A stretch of DNA of 64,000 bases, taken from assembly GCA_964016885.1 (NCBI GenBank), contig OZ024743.1, positions 127,410,001 through 127,474,000 of the forward strand. The letters are read 5' to 3'. Source of the stretch: Eledone cirrhosa. Taxonomy: Eukaryota. Shown one piece after another: positions 27,269 through 40,550 of this stretch. The first letter of the stretch is position 1; the number at the start of each line of letters is the position of its first letter. A model generated the notes under the pieces. It saw only the letters and a list, made by a program, of their open reading frames with translations. It ran no database searches and had not been told where the DNA came from. The translations under genes and the position numbers were made by a program.

Positions 27269-27434
27269 AAGGCCTACCGTGAATGGTTATGTGCCGTATA
27301 TATACCTTTCTATGTTGATGGTTTTCTTGTGAAGCCATGCAATGCCTTCTGTTCCAAAGTGGAGGAATCTTGTCCATTTTTTCGTCCGGCTGTAAAAGAA
27401 ACTCATGCAGGAGATCCAAGTTTTATATGCAAAG
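27269..27434 (+). CDS. FAM155: Internal coding exon of a FAM155/NALF-family gene (NALCN auxiliary factor; NLF-1/Mid1-like cysteine-rich domain)
   Basis: Pyrimidine tract plus cag acceptor and G|gtaaga donor; 166 nt, phase 0 to phase 1. Peptide KAYREWLCAVYIPF...KPCNAFCSKVEESCPFFRP...AGDPSFICK matches the FAM155 pattern YKxWLC...PCxxxCxxVxxxCPFxxP...GxxSFxC. Family recognised from memory, not by search. Confidence 0.8.
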
Positions 27435-27514
27435 GTAAGAAATTAAGATAAATTCTTTTGCTTGTGATAATGAATAATAGCGATGATGATGATAATAATA
27501 ATAATGGTTTGTGA

Positions 27515-27733
27515 TTGAGGTACTAGGCCAGCAAATTTTTTTTTTTTTTTGGGGGGGGGGGGTCGATTTAATCGACCCCAGTGCATTACTGGTACTATAT
27601 TTCATCGACCCCGTAAGGATGAAAGGCAAAGCTAACATTGACAGGGTTTGATCTCAGAACATAAAGGGCCATAATTCTATGCTGTGAAGCAGGGTGTCCT
27701 ATGCTCTACAAATACTGCCAATCCACCGCCCTC
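27515..27733 (-). mobile_element. SINE family A copy
   Basis: Reverse complement of family A (tcgaccccgtaaggatgaaaggcaaag...ctgccaatccaccgcc). Confidence 0.8.
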
Positions 27734-27765
27734 AATAATAATGATAATTATAATAATAATAATAA

Positions 27766-28040
27766 TTGGAGATAAAACATTTGTGGACAATGAAAAGGAT
27801 TGAAGTGATCCCAATTACAGTTGGGGTACTTGGAACTATAAGCATCAGAATTGAAAGCTATTTTAAAAGAATTGGGGCCAATATCAGGTTTGGGGCCTTA
27901 CAGAAACAACACTCCTTGGAATTGCTAGAATACTCAGAAAAGTGCTTGTCAATTGAAGGTGACACTTCAGTCCAATGGTTGTGGACAGCTGGCACAAATA
28001 TTACATCACCAGCAACAAATCCTGTGCGACAAGCCAAATA
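27766..28040 (+). mobile_element. R4/Dong-like non-LTR 3' fragment next to (TAA)n
   Basis: EIKHLWTMKRIEVIPITVGVLGTI is a typical RLE C-terminus; it is preceded by a TAA tract. Confidence 0.65.
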
Positions 28041-28231
28041 AATGTTTCTACTTTTGGCACAAGGTCAGCAATTATCCCAGAGCATCACTGGTGCTTTATT
28101 TTATTGACCCCGTAAGGATGAAAGGCAAAGTTAACCTCTGCAGGATTTGAACTCAGAACGTAAAGGGCCATAGCTTTTACGTTCTGAGTTCAAATCTCGC
28201 CAAGGTTAGTTTAATCTTTCATCCTTACAGT

Positions 28232-29255
28232 TTGAAAATAATGGCAATTCTGCAATTAAAGCCGCATAGAATATCAAAGAGTTTGCAACGCATGAAGGCC
28301 AACAGAGACTGTGCACTAAATGGGAGCAAAAGCCACTGCATCGGCAGTATGTTCTCCATAGCAAAGAGCCTGATGTTGATCAAGCTCTCACCCATCAATA
28401 GTTGTGGGGTTCTTGGCTAAAAGCAGAGAGTGAGGGCATCATTTTGGCTGCACAAGAGCAGTGTCTCCCAACACGCAACTTTCAAGCCAATGTGATCAGA
28501 AATGGAACTGACCTAAAGTGTCAATTCTGTGATGACATGTTGAGACCATTGACCACCTGGTTTCAGGCTACATTAGCTCCCCAGGAATATGAAACGAGGC
28601 ATGATAGAGTGGGGCAATACTTAAACTGGGTAATGTGCAGGTTTTATGGTCAGAAAACGGAGGGAAAATGGTATAACCATCACCCAGAAACAGTAACAGG
28701 AGGCAAGAACATAACAATCCTCTGGGATTTCCCTGTGAATGCTAACAGAATTATCAAGGCCAACAGACCTGATATAATTGTAAAAGACCATAAAAAGAAA
28801 ACATGTTTTTTAATTGACATGAGCATTCCATCAAATCATAACATCTCCTTCAAAGAGTTCTGAAAGCTCAGTAAATGTAAAGATCTGACAATTGAAATTG
28901 AGAAAATGTGGCATCTTAGGGCCTGTACAATACCAGTGATAGTTGGCGCACTTGGAATGATAAAAAAGGGTACTGAAAAATATTTCGACCGGATACCTGG
29001 AAAGCCATGTCTGCAAGAACTACTACAGAAAATAGAGTTGACTCACACTGTCCATGTCCTGAAAAGCGCATTATCAATTTAAAAACCTTGCAAAGACATT
29101 TATTGTTGGTTATGCCCCTGTGGCATCATTTGTATGAAAATTGATTGTGGAATGTGTGTATTATCAAATTTCGCTTCAGGTACCAGTTTGACACTTGGCA
29201 TGATATGGGAAAGAAGCAGAATTTAAAGGAAGTTTCAAATAATAATAATAATAAT
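28232..29255 (+). mobile_element. R4/Dong-like non-LTR retrotransposon 3' portion (Zn knuckle plus RLE), ending in (TAA)n
   Basis: AAQEQCLPTR, CQFC, RHDRVG, ILWDFPV...NRPDIIV...LIDMSIP. The 3' end abuts aataataataat, the Dong-type target. Confidence 0.8.
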
Positions 29256-29261
29256 TATTAT

Positions 29262-29442
29262 TTCTACTTTAGGCACAAGGCCAGCAATTATCCCAGTGTA
29301 TTACTGGTACTTTATTTTATCAACCCCGTAAGGATGAAAGGCAAAGTTAACCTCGGCGGGATTTGAACTCAGACCATAAAGGGCCGTAACTCTATGCTGC
29401 AAAGCATGGCGTCAGACCCTCTACTGATACTGCCAATTCACT
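29262..29442 (-). mobile_element. SINE family A copy
   Basis: Reverse complement of the full family A sequence. A partial copy also lies at ~28043-28170. Confidence 0.8.
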
Positions 29443-29464
29443 GTCATAATAATAATAATAATAA

Positions 29465-31570
29465 CACTTGGCATGGAAAGGAGTGATTGGAAGGAATGGC
29501 AACCTTGATCTAAATATGAAGAGAGAGGCCTTATTAGATTTCTGTTCTAGTAATGGACTCTCTATTATGAATACTTTCCTCCAGCACAGAGACACCCATA
29601 AATATACATGGTATAAGAGGAATCAAGGGTTCAATGATTGATTTTGTTATTGTCTCTGATCTCTTCAATTCTGTGCTGGATGTTTGTGTTAAGAGAAGGT
29701 CTGAGCTGTCAACTGATTACCATCTAGTTATCTGCAACTTGAGACCACCTAAAGCCAAAGAAGCCCACAAAACTTACAGATTCAGAGTGACCTACAGGAT
29801 AAAATGGGAAGCATTGGTGGATAAGGAAGTCAGGACTAGGTATGCAGATACTGTTGCATCCAAATTCAGAGAACTCTCTGAGAAAACTGAGACAGAGAGG
29901 AGATTGTTCAGCTCAGCAGTTTTTGCTTCAGCTATTAAAGGCTGCGGGCGAAAGAGGCTTGGCGTGGCACCCGATGGCAGAAGGACCCCTTGGTGCAATA
30001 AAGAGATCAAAGATGCCATTTGAGCAAAGAGGAGCCCTACAAATCTTGGCTTAGAAATAAGTCCTCCTCCTTGAACTTGAGAAGCATTAAAGGCGTTCAA
30101 AAGTAAGATATGAGATGACTTTGGTATCTGATTTCAGATCAGCAAATAGAGTGTTCTGGCAGACCATCCACTGATTTCGTAATAAGTCCTCTTCCACAAC
30201 TGCTATCAGGAACGAATCCAGGGTTATCCTCTCTACAGAGAGGTGCATCCCCGCGAGATAGAGAGAATACTTTGCTGATATCCTAAACCCAATAACAACA
30301 GCATTTTCTGATGTACACAAGGTGCACCTGGAAGTGGTGACAAATCTCTCAGAGGCTGAGATCACAAGATAGTTAAAGTACTCAGATGTAGCAAGGTCGC
30401 TGGGGAAGATGAAATCTGGCCCAAGATGTTAAAAGCATTAAATAGAGAAGGTATTCTCTGGCTGACTCATGTGTGCTGGGTGGCCTGGATCTCTGGAAAG
30501 GCACCTAAGCAATGACAATCGGGAGTGATAATTCCAATTTTCAAAAAATAAGATAAGAGAGATTGTTCCAATTACAGAGGGACCTCTTTGTTAAGCTTCC
30601 CCAGTAAAGTTTATGCTAAGTGTCTGGCAAAGTGATGTAAGGAGATTGCTGAAACCAAGCTAGCTGATAAACAGTGCAATTTTCACCCCGGACACAGCAC
30701 AGCCGACCAATATTCATACTGCAGCATGTCTTAGAGAAATCGTAGGTTTATTGCCAAGAAGTATATTCTTGTTTTGTAAATCTTGAGAAGGCATATGACC
30801 GCATTCCTCAGGACCTGCTGTGGAAGGTTGTGCAGGAGCATGGGATCGATGGTCAGCTTCTTGTTGCCCTGATATCTCTATATAAATGCCCAAATATTTG
30901 TGTTCAGATAAATAGTGCTAAATCAAAACCATTCAATGTAGGAGTCAGACTCTTCCAAGGGTGCGTACTGTCACCCCTCCTGTTCATTATTTTCATGAAC
31001 AGGATTGACATGCGCAACCAGGTTGGAAGTGGTATCATGACAAGCATGTGTAAAATCAGTCGGCTAGAATTTGCAGAGGACATGGTGTTACTTAACAGGT
31101 GATCTCCAACATGATAGGTTTGATGCCGAGTGCTGCATGACTGGAATGGAAATCAGTGCTGGAAAAACTGAGATACTCATCCTCTCAAGGAAGCTTGTGC
31201 AGTGCACACTACATGTGAATAAAGTTCCACTGAAGCAGCTGGAGAAGTTCAAGTATCTCGGGGGCCATGTTGACAAGTGATGGAAGGCAGGAGGCTGAAT
31301 TAAATGCAAGAATTGCAGGAGTTGGTGCGGTAATGTGCCAGCTTCAACATTTGGTAATCAGAAGAAGGGAGGTAGGTGTAAAAGCCAACTGGCAGGAAAC
31401 CTAGGGGTAGACCCCAAGCAAGATGGCTATGAGCTTGGATGATCTGGCTTGGCAATCCACTTGGATTAGTTGGAAACCGTTGCTTCTGACAGGACCCGCT
31501 GAAAGTAGTGTTTGAGGATTCTGCCCCCTCGACCCTCTCTGGAATAAGTGGGTGATGAAGAAGAAGAAGA
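29465..31570 (+). mobile_element. Heavily decayed RTE LINE (Rex3/Expander-like)
   Basis: MIDFVIVS...LSTDYHLV, QGCVLSPLLFIIFM, FAEDMVLL, FKYLG. Tail ctgccccctcgaccc...gaataagtgg...(gaa)n. Confidence 0.75.
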
Positions 31571-33288
31571 AAATGGCGGCGGCAGGGGTGGCAATGACGA
31601 CGATGATAACCTGGATGTGGCTGATGCAAATAGAAAATAGCCCCTATCATAATAGGTGTTCTGGGAATGATAAAAAAATACATAGACAGATGCATAACCA
31701 AAACTGCTGGACTTAGAAATATATACAACATACAGAAAATACAAAGACTAGGCACTGCACATGTAATATGAAGAGTGTTCTCACTACAATAGAAACAACA
31801 ACACAAGAATCAACATGGTACACACCCAAAGCACACAGAGCTGTACTGGTAACACAGTGACAATTAACTTAAGACTAAGGATGGTGATTTTTTTCTAAGA
31901 TAGACCCAAGGCCAGCAATTTGGAGGAAGGGGAAATTTGATGAAATCAACCCCACTATTTGACCAGTACTTTATTTTATCATCACAGGAAGGCAAAGTTA
32001 ACATCTGAAGTATTTGAACTTAGAACATTAAGAGCTGTAACTAATACCATGGGGTATTTTTGTCCAATGCTTTGATTCTGCCAAATCCAAAAAATAACAA
32101 TAGTAATATGTACAGCCCTCACAAGCCATTCCTCCATTCTTGGCTTCCCAAGTGAGAGAAAAGGCACCCATTCCACTATGTAAGGTGGTAGTACTGGTGC
32201 AATGATAAGATGCACCCAGCCTACTCTGTAAGGTGGTAGTGATTGTAGTGATGATGATGGAAATGGAAATGATTAGTAGTCTTCATAAAACATGGCACAG
32301 AAAATATTTCCTCATTTTTTTTATTGTATAAATAAATCCATAAAGGCATTCATTATTGTTTTTTTTATGTTATGTTGTTGTTGTTGTTGTTGTTATTGCT
32401 GTTATTGTTTTTTCGTTTTTATTGAGGATTGGAAGTTAATATCTTCATGGAAATTAATTATATGTAATTAGAGCTAATTGTGTATGGCAAGACTCCATCT
32501 TGTTTCAGTTTTGTGGTTAAAGGAGGAGGAAGAGGAGAAAGTAGTCAAGTTGTCTTCTCCTCCCTCTCCCCCACCCCATCCTCTTCCTCCTAGCTTGGAT
32601 CATTGACAAAATTGATCCTAACTTTTAACTCCCAGCCTCCAACAACCATCATCGCTATCACTATTGCCATCAATATCATCAACCACTACCACTCCTACCC
32701 CCACCAACAACATCATGTCACATGATTTCTAGTTATTTATTTCTTTCATCTCCATTACAAAACATCATGATATGTACACACATAAATAATCCATTATTAC
32801 ACTGACAAGGTAACAATTTATATACATGCACATATATTTGTATATACACATGTATGTATGTATACACACACACATAAATCTACATATCTATCTCTCTCTC
32901 TATATATATATATATTGAGTTAAGAACTCAATATATATAAATATAAATATATATTGAGTTAAGAACTCAGAGTAGTCTCTTACAATTAAATAACTCTAAG
33001 TAAAAAGCTTTTCCAAGTCGTACAATATAATTGAATAAACAAGAGAGATGAACACTAATATAAACATACATGTGTTCGAATCGTAAGGACCAAATTTGCT
33101 AGGGTGAAAAAATATTAACTACAGCAATATAGTTTGTTAAACTTTAAATATTAACTTTAATATTAACTTTAAATATTAAATTAAGAAAAATTAAGAAAAA
33201 TAACTGACCTATATTGGGCAATATATATATATATATATATGAGAAATGATAAGAATGACTTTTCTGGTGATTGTTATTCTTTAATAAT

Positions 33289-33676
33289 TGTTTCTACTTT
33301 TGGCACAAGGCCTGCAATTACCAAGTGTATTACTGGTACTTTATTTTTATCGACCCCGTAAGGATGAAAGGCAAAGTTAACCTCGGCGGGATTTGAACTC
33401 AAAATGGCAAGGGCCATAACTCAATGCATCAAAGCAAGGCGTCCAACCCTCTACCTATACTGCCAATCCACCGTTATTCTTTAATAATCGAAGGCGGTGG
33501 ATTGGCAGTATCGGTAGAGGGTCGGACGCCATGCTTTCCAGCATAGTTACGTCCCTTTACGATCTGAGTTCAAATCCCGCCGAGGTTGACTTTGCCTTTC
33601 ATCCTTACGGGGTCGATAAAATATAGTACCAGTAATGCACTGGGTAATTGCTGGCCTTGTGCCTAAAGTAGAAACA
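33289..33676. mobile_element. Head-to-head pair of SINE family A copies (minus 33289-33472, plus 33490-33676)
   Basis: Both copies are full length. The target gttattctttaataat occurs three times (33273, 33473, 33677). Confidence 0.9.
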
Positions 33677-33779
33677 GTTATTCTTTAATAATCAAATGTT
33701 TTACTCAGTGTAGTTGTAGTAATTCTTTAGTGATCAAAGCGCTTGATAGAGTTTCTTGCTTCAGAGCAATTTTCAAACT

Positions 33780-36700
33780 GGTCTTTTTCTTCTGTGTCTT
33801 CCCCTTAAAATAGTTCTGGTAACTGGAGGTTTGTTAAGGCTGGTGAAACGTGGAAGAGAGATACTAGCTGGTCTGAGTGTGCTCTACCCAAAATAACTGG
33901 CAATGAAAAAACTGCAACAACTCTGGGAAACTAAACCAGAACAACCTGCCACTCTCTACACACCATCATAAACTACAAGCAGGGTAAAAATTGTTGTCCT
34001 TAAATGCTTGCAGTTTATGCAACAAGATACATCTGTTTAACTCCTACGTCAGAAGCATCGACCCTGACTTCATCACAGTCACGGAAACATGGGCACATTC
34101 CTTACTCTGTGATGGGGTTTTCAGCATTACTGGGTACAACCTTTTCCGCAAGGACCGCGTTAATCGCCGTGGTGGTGGTGTGATGGTCTACGTTCGTTCA
34201 AACTTTTTGGTAATTCCTTGCGTTGATTTGAACGAATCACAAGAAGTTTTTTTTTGTGACATACGTATGACCGTGTCAACACTTCTGCTTGGTGTTGTTT
34301 ATCCCCCCCCCCCCAACTACCATCAGGACACACAGATTTGTGATATCCTCAGAGCTGCTGCCAGGAAAACAGTCACTTATGTGTTTATTGCAGGTGACTT
34401 CAATCATCCTGAGATCGATTGGGAAACCTTTCGTTGGCCACAAAGTGCAAACGATTTCCTTGAGCTAGTGCTGGACTCAAACTGGTCACAAGTAGTCACC
34501 TCTCCAACAAGAGGTGACAACACTTTGGACCTGATCTTCACCACTACTCCTGAAGTGGTTATCAGTTGTACTACTGAGGACTCTCTAAGCGACTCTGATT
34601 ATGCTATGATCATTGCCAATCTGGCTCTTGCGGGCAGCAACAAAAACCAGAACCATCTCCAATCTGCTTGCTTTGATTGGAAGAAAGCAGATTGGAACTT
34701 GTACTGCACTGAGCTACAGCGCCCAGACTGGCATGAGTTGTATAACTCTGGAGATGTGAACACTATACTCCAGAGCATCCTGGACTCAATATGGATAGCG
34801 TGTGCAGCATCGGTGCCACGTAAGCAGAAAAAAACCCACCCCAAAAGTGCAATTTGGAAAACTTCAGCGGTCTGACTTTCCAGGAAAGAACGTTGGAACG
34901 CTGAACGGGGATATAAACTGCATAAATCAGATGCCAACAGAAAAAAGCGGAATAAATCTTCCAACCATCTCAAGCAAGTGACAAAGAAGGCAGTGCTTGA
35001 ATTTGAACAGTGCATAACAACCAATCCTGACAGTAAGGTGTTCTGGAAATATGTTCATTCAAAGCAGAGACCTCACTCTCCAGTTGGTCCTCTTCGCAAT
35101 CCCCACACAAGCCAGATCACTGACGATCCCAAGGAACGCGCAGAACTCATTGCTGAGTGCTATGCAAGCATTTTTACTGTTGAAAACCAGAATGTACCAT
35201 CTCCACCATCTCTAACATCAAATTCCATAACAACTATGGAATTTACACCTGCAATGTTGCGACGTCACCTTAAGAATAAGTGCAACTATGCTTCCCCTGG
35301 TCTTGATGGTGTTACATACCTGTTTCTCAAACGTGGCGGGTACTTCCTTTTGCACCAGCTTTCTTTCTTCTTTCAACAATGGTGCTACTCCGGAGCAGTG
35401 GAAAACTGCCAGAGTCATTCCCCTGTTCAAAAAGGGCGACCGCACGTCACCTGTCAACTATCGTCCAGTTAGTCTTACTAGCTGTATTGCCAAACTGATG
35501 GAATCCTGTGTCAGAGAAACACTTTGGAACTTCTGGAGCTCTCACAGCCTCATCCGGCCCTCGCAGTTTGGATTTATCCCTAACTCCAACTGCTGTGATC
35601 AGCTTATCGAGTTCCTTGAAGACATTACCCTGATCACTGACAGCGGCTCATGGGTGGATGTTGTTTACCTTGACTTTGCTAAGGCTTTTAATTTTGTGCC
35701 ACACAAAAGACTTATGGCAAAACTCTCTGCAATGGGTGTGAGGGATGATCTTTTTAACTGGTTGAAATCCTTCATTCTCAGCCAAAAAGAGGTAGTCACG
35801 GTTCTAGGATAGCATTCTTCACCATATGAGATGTCATCTGGTGTACCAAAGGGATTTGTTCTTGGTCCCCTTTTGTTTGTGGCATATATTAATGACATAG
35901 ATGCCAACTTAAAGAATGCCACGGTACTGAAATATGCAGATGACATCAAGCTCTACCTTGAAATCAAAAGGACTGATCCTGAAATCTACAACTCTTTCCT
36001 ACAATCAGACCTGGACACAATGCAGCAATGGATCACAGACTGGCAACTGAAGCTGGCTGTGGACAAGTGTACCACCATGCATTTTGAGAGGAAAGATCCA
36101 GCGTCCACATACTCCCTCCACAACACTGATATCAAGAAGTCCTCTTGTGAACGTGACCTGGGCATTACTGTCAGCAGCGATTTGCGTTGGACAAAGCATG
36201 TCTCTAAGATTGTCAAGAAGGCCGAGGGTGTCTTGGCATCACTCAGCAAGACCTTTGTTAGCTGCTCTCCAGCCATCTATTTAAAGCTGTATACAGCTAT
36301 GGTATGACCACACTTGGAATTTGCATCATCAGTCTGGAACCCCTATCTTGCTCAGAACATTGACCTCCTGGAAACTGTTCAGAGACGTGCAACCAAACGC
36401 ATACCCTCCATCAGACACCAACCATACTCTGAACGCCTTGCTTCCCTGGGCATGGATTCATTGAAGCTCCGACGTCTGGCAATAGACTTGGTAAACACCC
36501 ACAAAGTTATTAACCATTCGCCAACAACAACCCTGAGTACCTTTTTGATCTCCATGTGTCTAACACACGTGGACATGCCTACAAAATCAGAAAACAGCAC
36601 AGCTCCCATGACTTTCGGATACATTTTTTCACGCTCAGAGTTGCTGAAGCATGGAACAAACTGCCTGCGTCAGTTGTTAGCTGCCGAGACACTGCATCCT

Positions 36701-36900
36701 TTAAAACCATCATGTTTCCCGAAATTCGCCAAAACTACACCTGATGTACCCCTTCCATACACATGCACACATGTGTATATCATGACTCGTGCACTGTTCA
36801 TTTTCCTGACGTTTGTACATTACCCTATGTACTATACATACACTTTTTGACGAGTTGTAGTGCACCTGAGCACTGTACACAATATTTCATTATTATTATA
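33780..36900 (+). mobile_element. CR1-group LINE, near-complete ORF2 with a few stops and frameshifts
   Basis: APE motifs LNACSL, VTETW, AGDFNHP, NTLDLIF. RT motifs NYRPVSLTS, YLDFAKAF, GVPKGFVLGPLLF, KYADDIK, ERDLG, VQRRATK, TRGH. (ATT)n tail. Confidence 0.92.
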
Positions 36901-38365
36901 ATACATTATTAACTCTATTACATATATAGGTGCGTGTTGTGTATGCGTGATAAATTTATATCTATATATATATACAGTTAGTCCTGGTTATCTACACAAT
37001 AAAAGCATCCAGTACACTCTGTAAAGTGGTTGGTATTAGGAAGGGCATCCAGCTGTAGAAAGTTTGCCAAACAATAGCTTAGGAGGCCTTTCAGTTTGCG
37101 TTAAAAGACACAACTTCTCTGCACTCAATATGACCATACATAAGCAGGATAGAGACCCCTCAGCCTGTCTGGGAGGTCAATAGCCCAACTTCAGTACTGG
37201 CTTGATCTATATAGACATGTCCAACCCTCACTAGCAGGGAAAGTGGACGTTAAATGATGATACAGTATAGAGCTAACTAAGACTACATAAATGGGTATAT
37301 AAATTTACACATTGAGTATATAGACATGTAAACATGTTGAATATTATGTCCTTCCTTGTAGATTGAAAAAAAAATGATAAATATTGATTTTTGAACCATT
37401 TTTGGTTTTCATCAGAAGATATCAGAATGAGATACATACCTGAGGGGCTTATAGACCCTATCACGTATAGCAGTACCCTGAAATGACTGTACTAAGTTGC
37501 ACTCATGGTAGTAGTTATTTTCATATATATTAAGTTTTGCTCTAAGTAGCTGTAATATACAATAAAATAATATCAGTATATGTACAGTACTGTGCAAATG
37601 TGTATATAAATTTACATATTGAGTGTATAGATATGTAAATATGTCAAATTTTTCTTACTTCCCTATTAATTGAAAGAAATAATAACTTATAACGGGAATT
37701 TCATAGGCCAACTATGAAGGATTGATGCTAGAGCTGTGAAGTTATGCATGCATTAATTTCAGCTCTTCTTATTAATAACTGCATTGTTTCTTTCCAGTAA
37801 CTATGTTGAAAAATAAACCTCATTTGGTCATTCCATTAGAGTAACTTGGTCAGCCTATGAATTTTCAGCCAACTCTCATATACATGCATACATATATACA
37901 TATATCATCATCACCGTTTAAAGTCTAATTTTCTATGCTTGCGTGGGTTAGATGGGTTGTCACACTATAAGTCAGGCCAAGTGACTTTTTCTGACTTGGT
38001 TTCTATAACTGGATGCCCTACCTATCACCAACCACATTACTGAGTGGATTGGATATATAATTATATATATATATGTACACACTCACACACACACACATAT
38101 ATATATCCAACAGCCGTAAAAAAAAGCAGCCAAAACGCAGGTCCCACTGCAAACAGGGTGCAGTATGGCCAACTGCCAGGCCCTCATCTGGTCAAGTTGT
38201 CGCGTGCATTCATGCATAAAAGTCTGTCTGCCTGTCTTCCACAGCCACACTTGTTTGAAGCATTTGTTAGGCTATAAGTCATACTTAGGATGTGATGGTG
38301 CTGACAGAGAACGGAAGGGGAACGACTACACTTTGGACATGAAAGACAAGACAAATACGGACTTA

Positions 38366-38660
38366 CACACACATATCTCTGGTATGCACATACTCCCATA
38401 CAGATCTATATCTATATTCATACCCACACATATCTCTGGTATGCACATACTCCCATACAGATCTATATCTATATTCATACCCACACATATCTCTGGTATG
38501 CACATACTCCCATACAGATCTATATCTATATTCATACCCACACATATCTCTGGTATGCACATACTCCCATACAGATCTATATCTATATTCATACCCACAC
38601 ATATCTCTGGTATGCACATACTCCCATACAGATCTATATCTATATTCATACCCACACATA
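38366..38660. repeat. 57-bp tandem repeat, about five identical copies
   Basis: Unit cacacatatctctggtatgcacatactcccatacagatctatatctatattcatacc. Confidence 0.95.
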
Positions 38661-38704
38661 AACATATACACCCACATATACATATATACACACCACACAC
38701 AAAC

Positions 38705-38749
<45 letters not shown>

Positions 38750-38794
38750 AATATTAAAACAATGAAATTAAACACAAAACTGTTAATTCATAGT

Positions 38795-38944
38795 AAAACT
38801 CATTATTTTACGATCGTTTCTGGGGGGTAGTTCCCTGTATGTTCATTCAATTATTGATCTATGTAAAACATATTACAAAATATCATAATAAGAAAAAGGT
38901 ACATAAGTCTTCACTCCCCGCCGTCTTCAGAAATAATGAGTTTT
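38795..38944 (-). ncRNA. Type I hammerhead ribozyme with ~100-nt stem II domain
   Basis: aaaacucauuauuu-CUGAAGA-(~103 nt)-GAAAC-gauc-GUA-aaauaaugaguuuu; 14-bp perfect stem I and palindromic stem III ACGAUCGU. Confidence 0.75.
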
Positions 38945-40550
38945 GTTTATTGAAGAATACAAAAAAACATACATATGAATAAGTAAGGTTTTATAACCAG
39001 GTTGAAATTGACCAATGTTAAGAATGGAAAGGGGCAGTATAAATCCTTAAGGTTGGTGGTAGTAGATGAATAAATAGGCCATCAGTAGATAAGGTATCAA
39101 ATGTCTTTTAAGAAAAGAAATGAAAGTTGCTAGTGTAAATGAATATAGACATATTGTATATAAAAGTGTTGATGGTGAAAGAAGATTACGGTTGGAGGAA
39201 AAGGGGTACTGAGATTAGTGTGTTACATCAAGTAGAATGGAATAGAACAATCTTAAAAAGTTAGTTATTTCTTTGTTGTGAGGAATAATTTGTTCTAAAA
39301 ATATATAATATAAAAATATATATACACATGTACACTCACACATGTTTATATATAGGCATACATGTATGCATATACATACATATACACACACAGATATACA
39401 TATTCACACACACACCTATAATCACACATTTATTCACCTATATCATTTTCTATATTTGTTTAGTTGTATTTATAATATTTGAATGTCCTTCTAATTTTAT
39501 GGTTACATACTAAAATTAATTCTTGTCTTTTATTTAATAGAATGTCCTTCGATTTAGTAATTTCAAAAATTTCTTGGGAACATAGTCCGCACTCCCTTCT
39601 ATTGCCCTGATACGAAATAGCTCTCTTAAGAATCCTCCAAGTTAGGTTATATTTAATATTCTTCTTTTTACAATTATTAACTCCTTCTGCTAAAGAAGTG
39701 CTATTTGTTAATTTTGTGTTTCAGAAACTGTGGGTGTGTGCATAAAATCTCGATTTAAATGGATTAGAAGTGGGTCCTATATAGGATTGATTAGAGTCTT
39801 TAGTGGTGATTACACATTTATATACTATATTATTAATTAAGCAATTTCCATTTAAGGGGCAATTATCTTTTATTCTACAATTACAACTGTTTGCATATAG
39901 GGTTTCAGATGTCCTATCCATATTCTCAATAATAGTGCTAGTATTTGTGTTTACCTTTTTATTTGGGAGAGAAGGGTTTACGGTAGGGTGGTTGTAATCC
40001 GAATTGTTGCTAGTTGGTGAAATTATACTTGATATAGCGTTTATGGAATCATGGTTGTTTTGGACGCTATTAGTTAGATTGGGTATGTAAAACTTAGTCC
40101 CTATTAAGGATGAGGAAGATGGTAATTGGTTGTAGTCTGTTATATTGTGCTGGTGAGGTGAGTGAGCGGATCTATCAGGTGGGTATGCAGTAATATTCTG
40201 GTTACGCGTTGTAGTATTATCATAGTTATCTTGTGTGTGGTGTGCTATTGTGTGTGGTATAGATGGCGCCTTTTTACATTTATAGATGTTATATGCACTT
40301 ATTTTTGTTGTATATTGCTCGAGGTGGAGTAAGAAAATTTTACTGTATTTCTGTTTAGGATTTGATGGTATTTGTGGTTAGGTGGGAAAGACATTTGATA
40401 CCTTATCCACTGATGGCCTATTTATTCATCTACTACCACCAACCTTAAGGATTTATACTACCCCTTTCCATTCTTAACATTGGTCAATTTCAACCTGGTT
40501 ATAAAACCTTACTTATTCATATGTATGTTTTTTTGTATTCTTCAATAAAC

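Noticed and set aside
38165-38775. ORFs with 19-aa repeats on both strands
   Set aside because: They arise from a 57-bp tandem repeat of identical units, with no coding signature.
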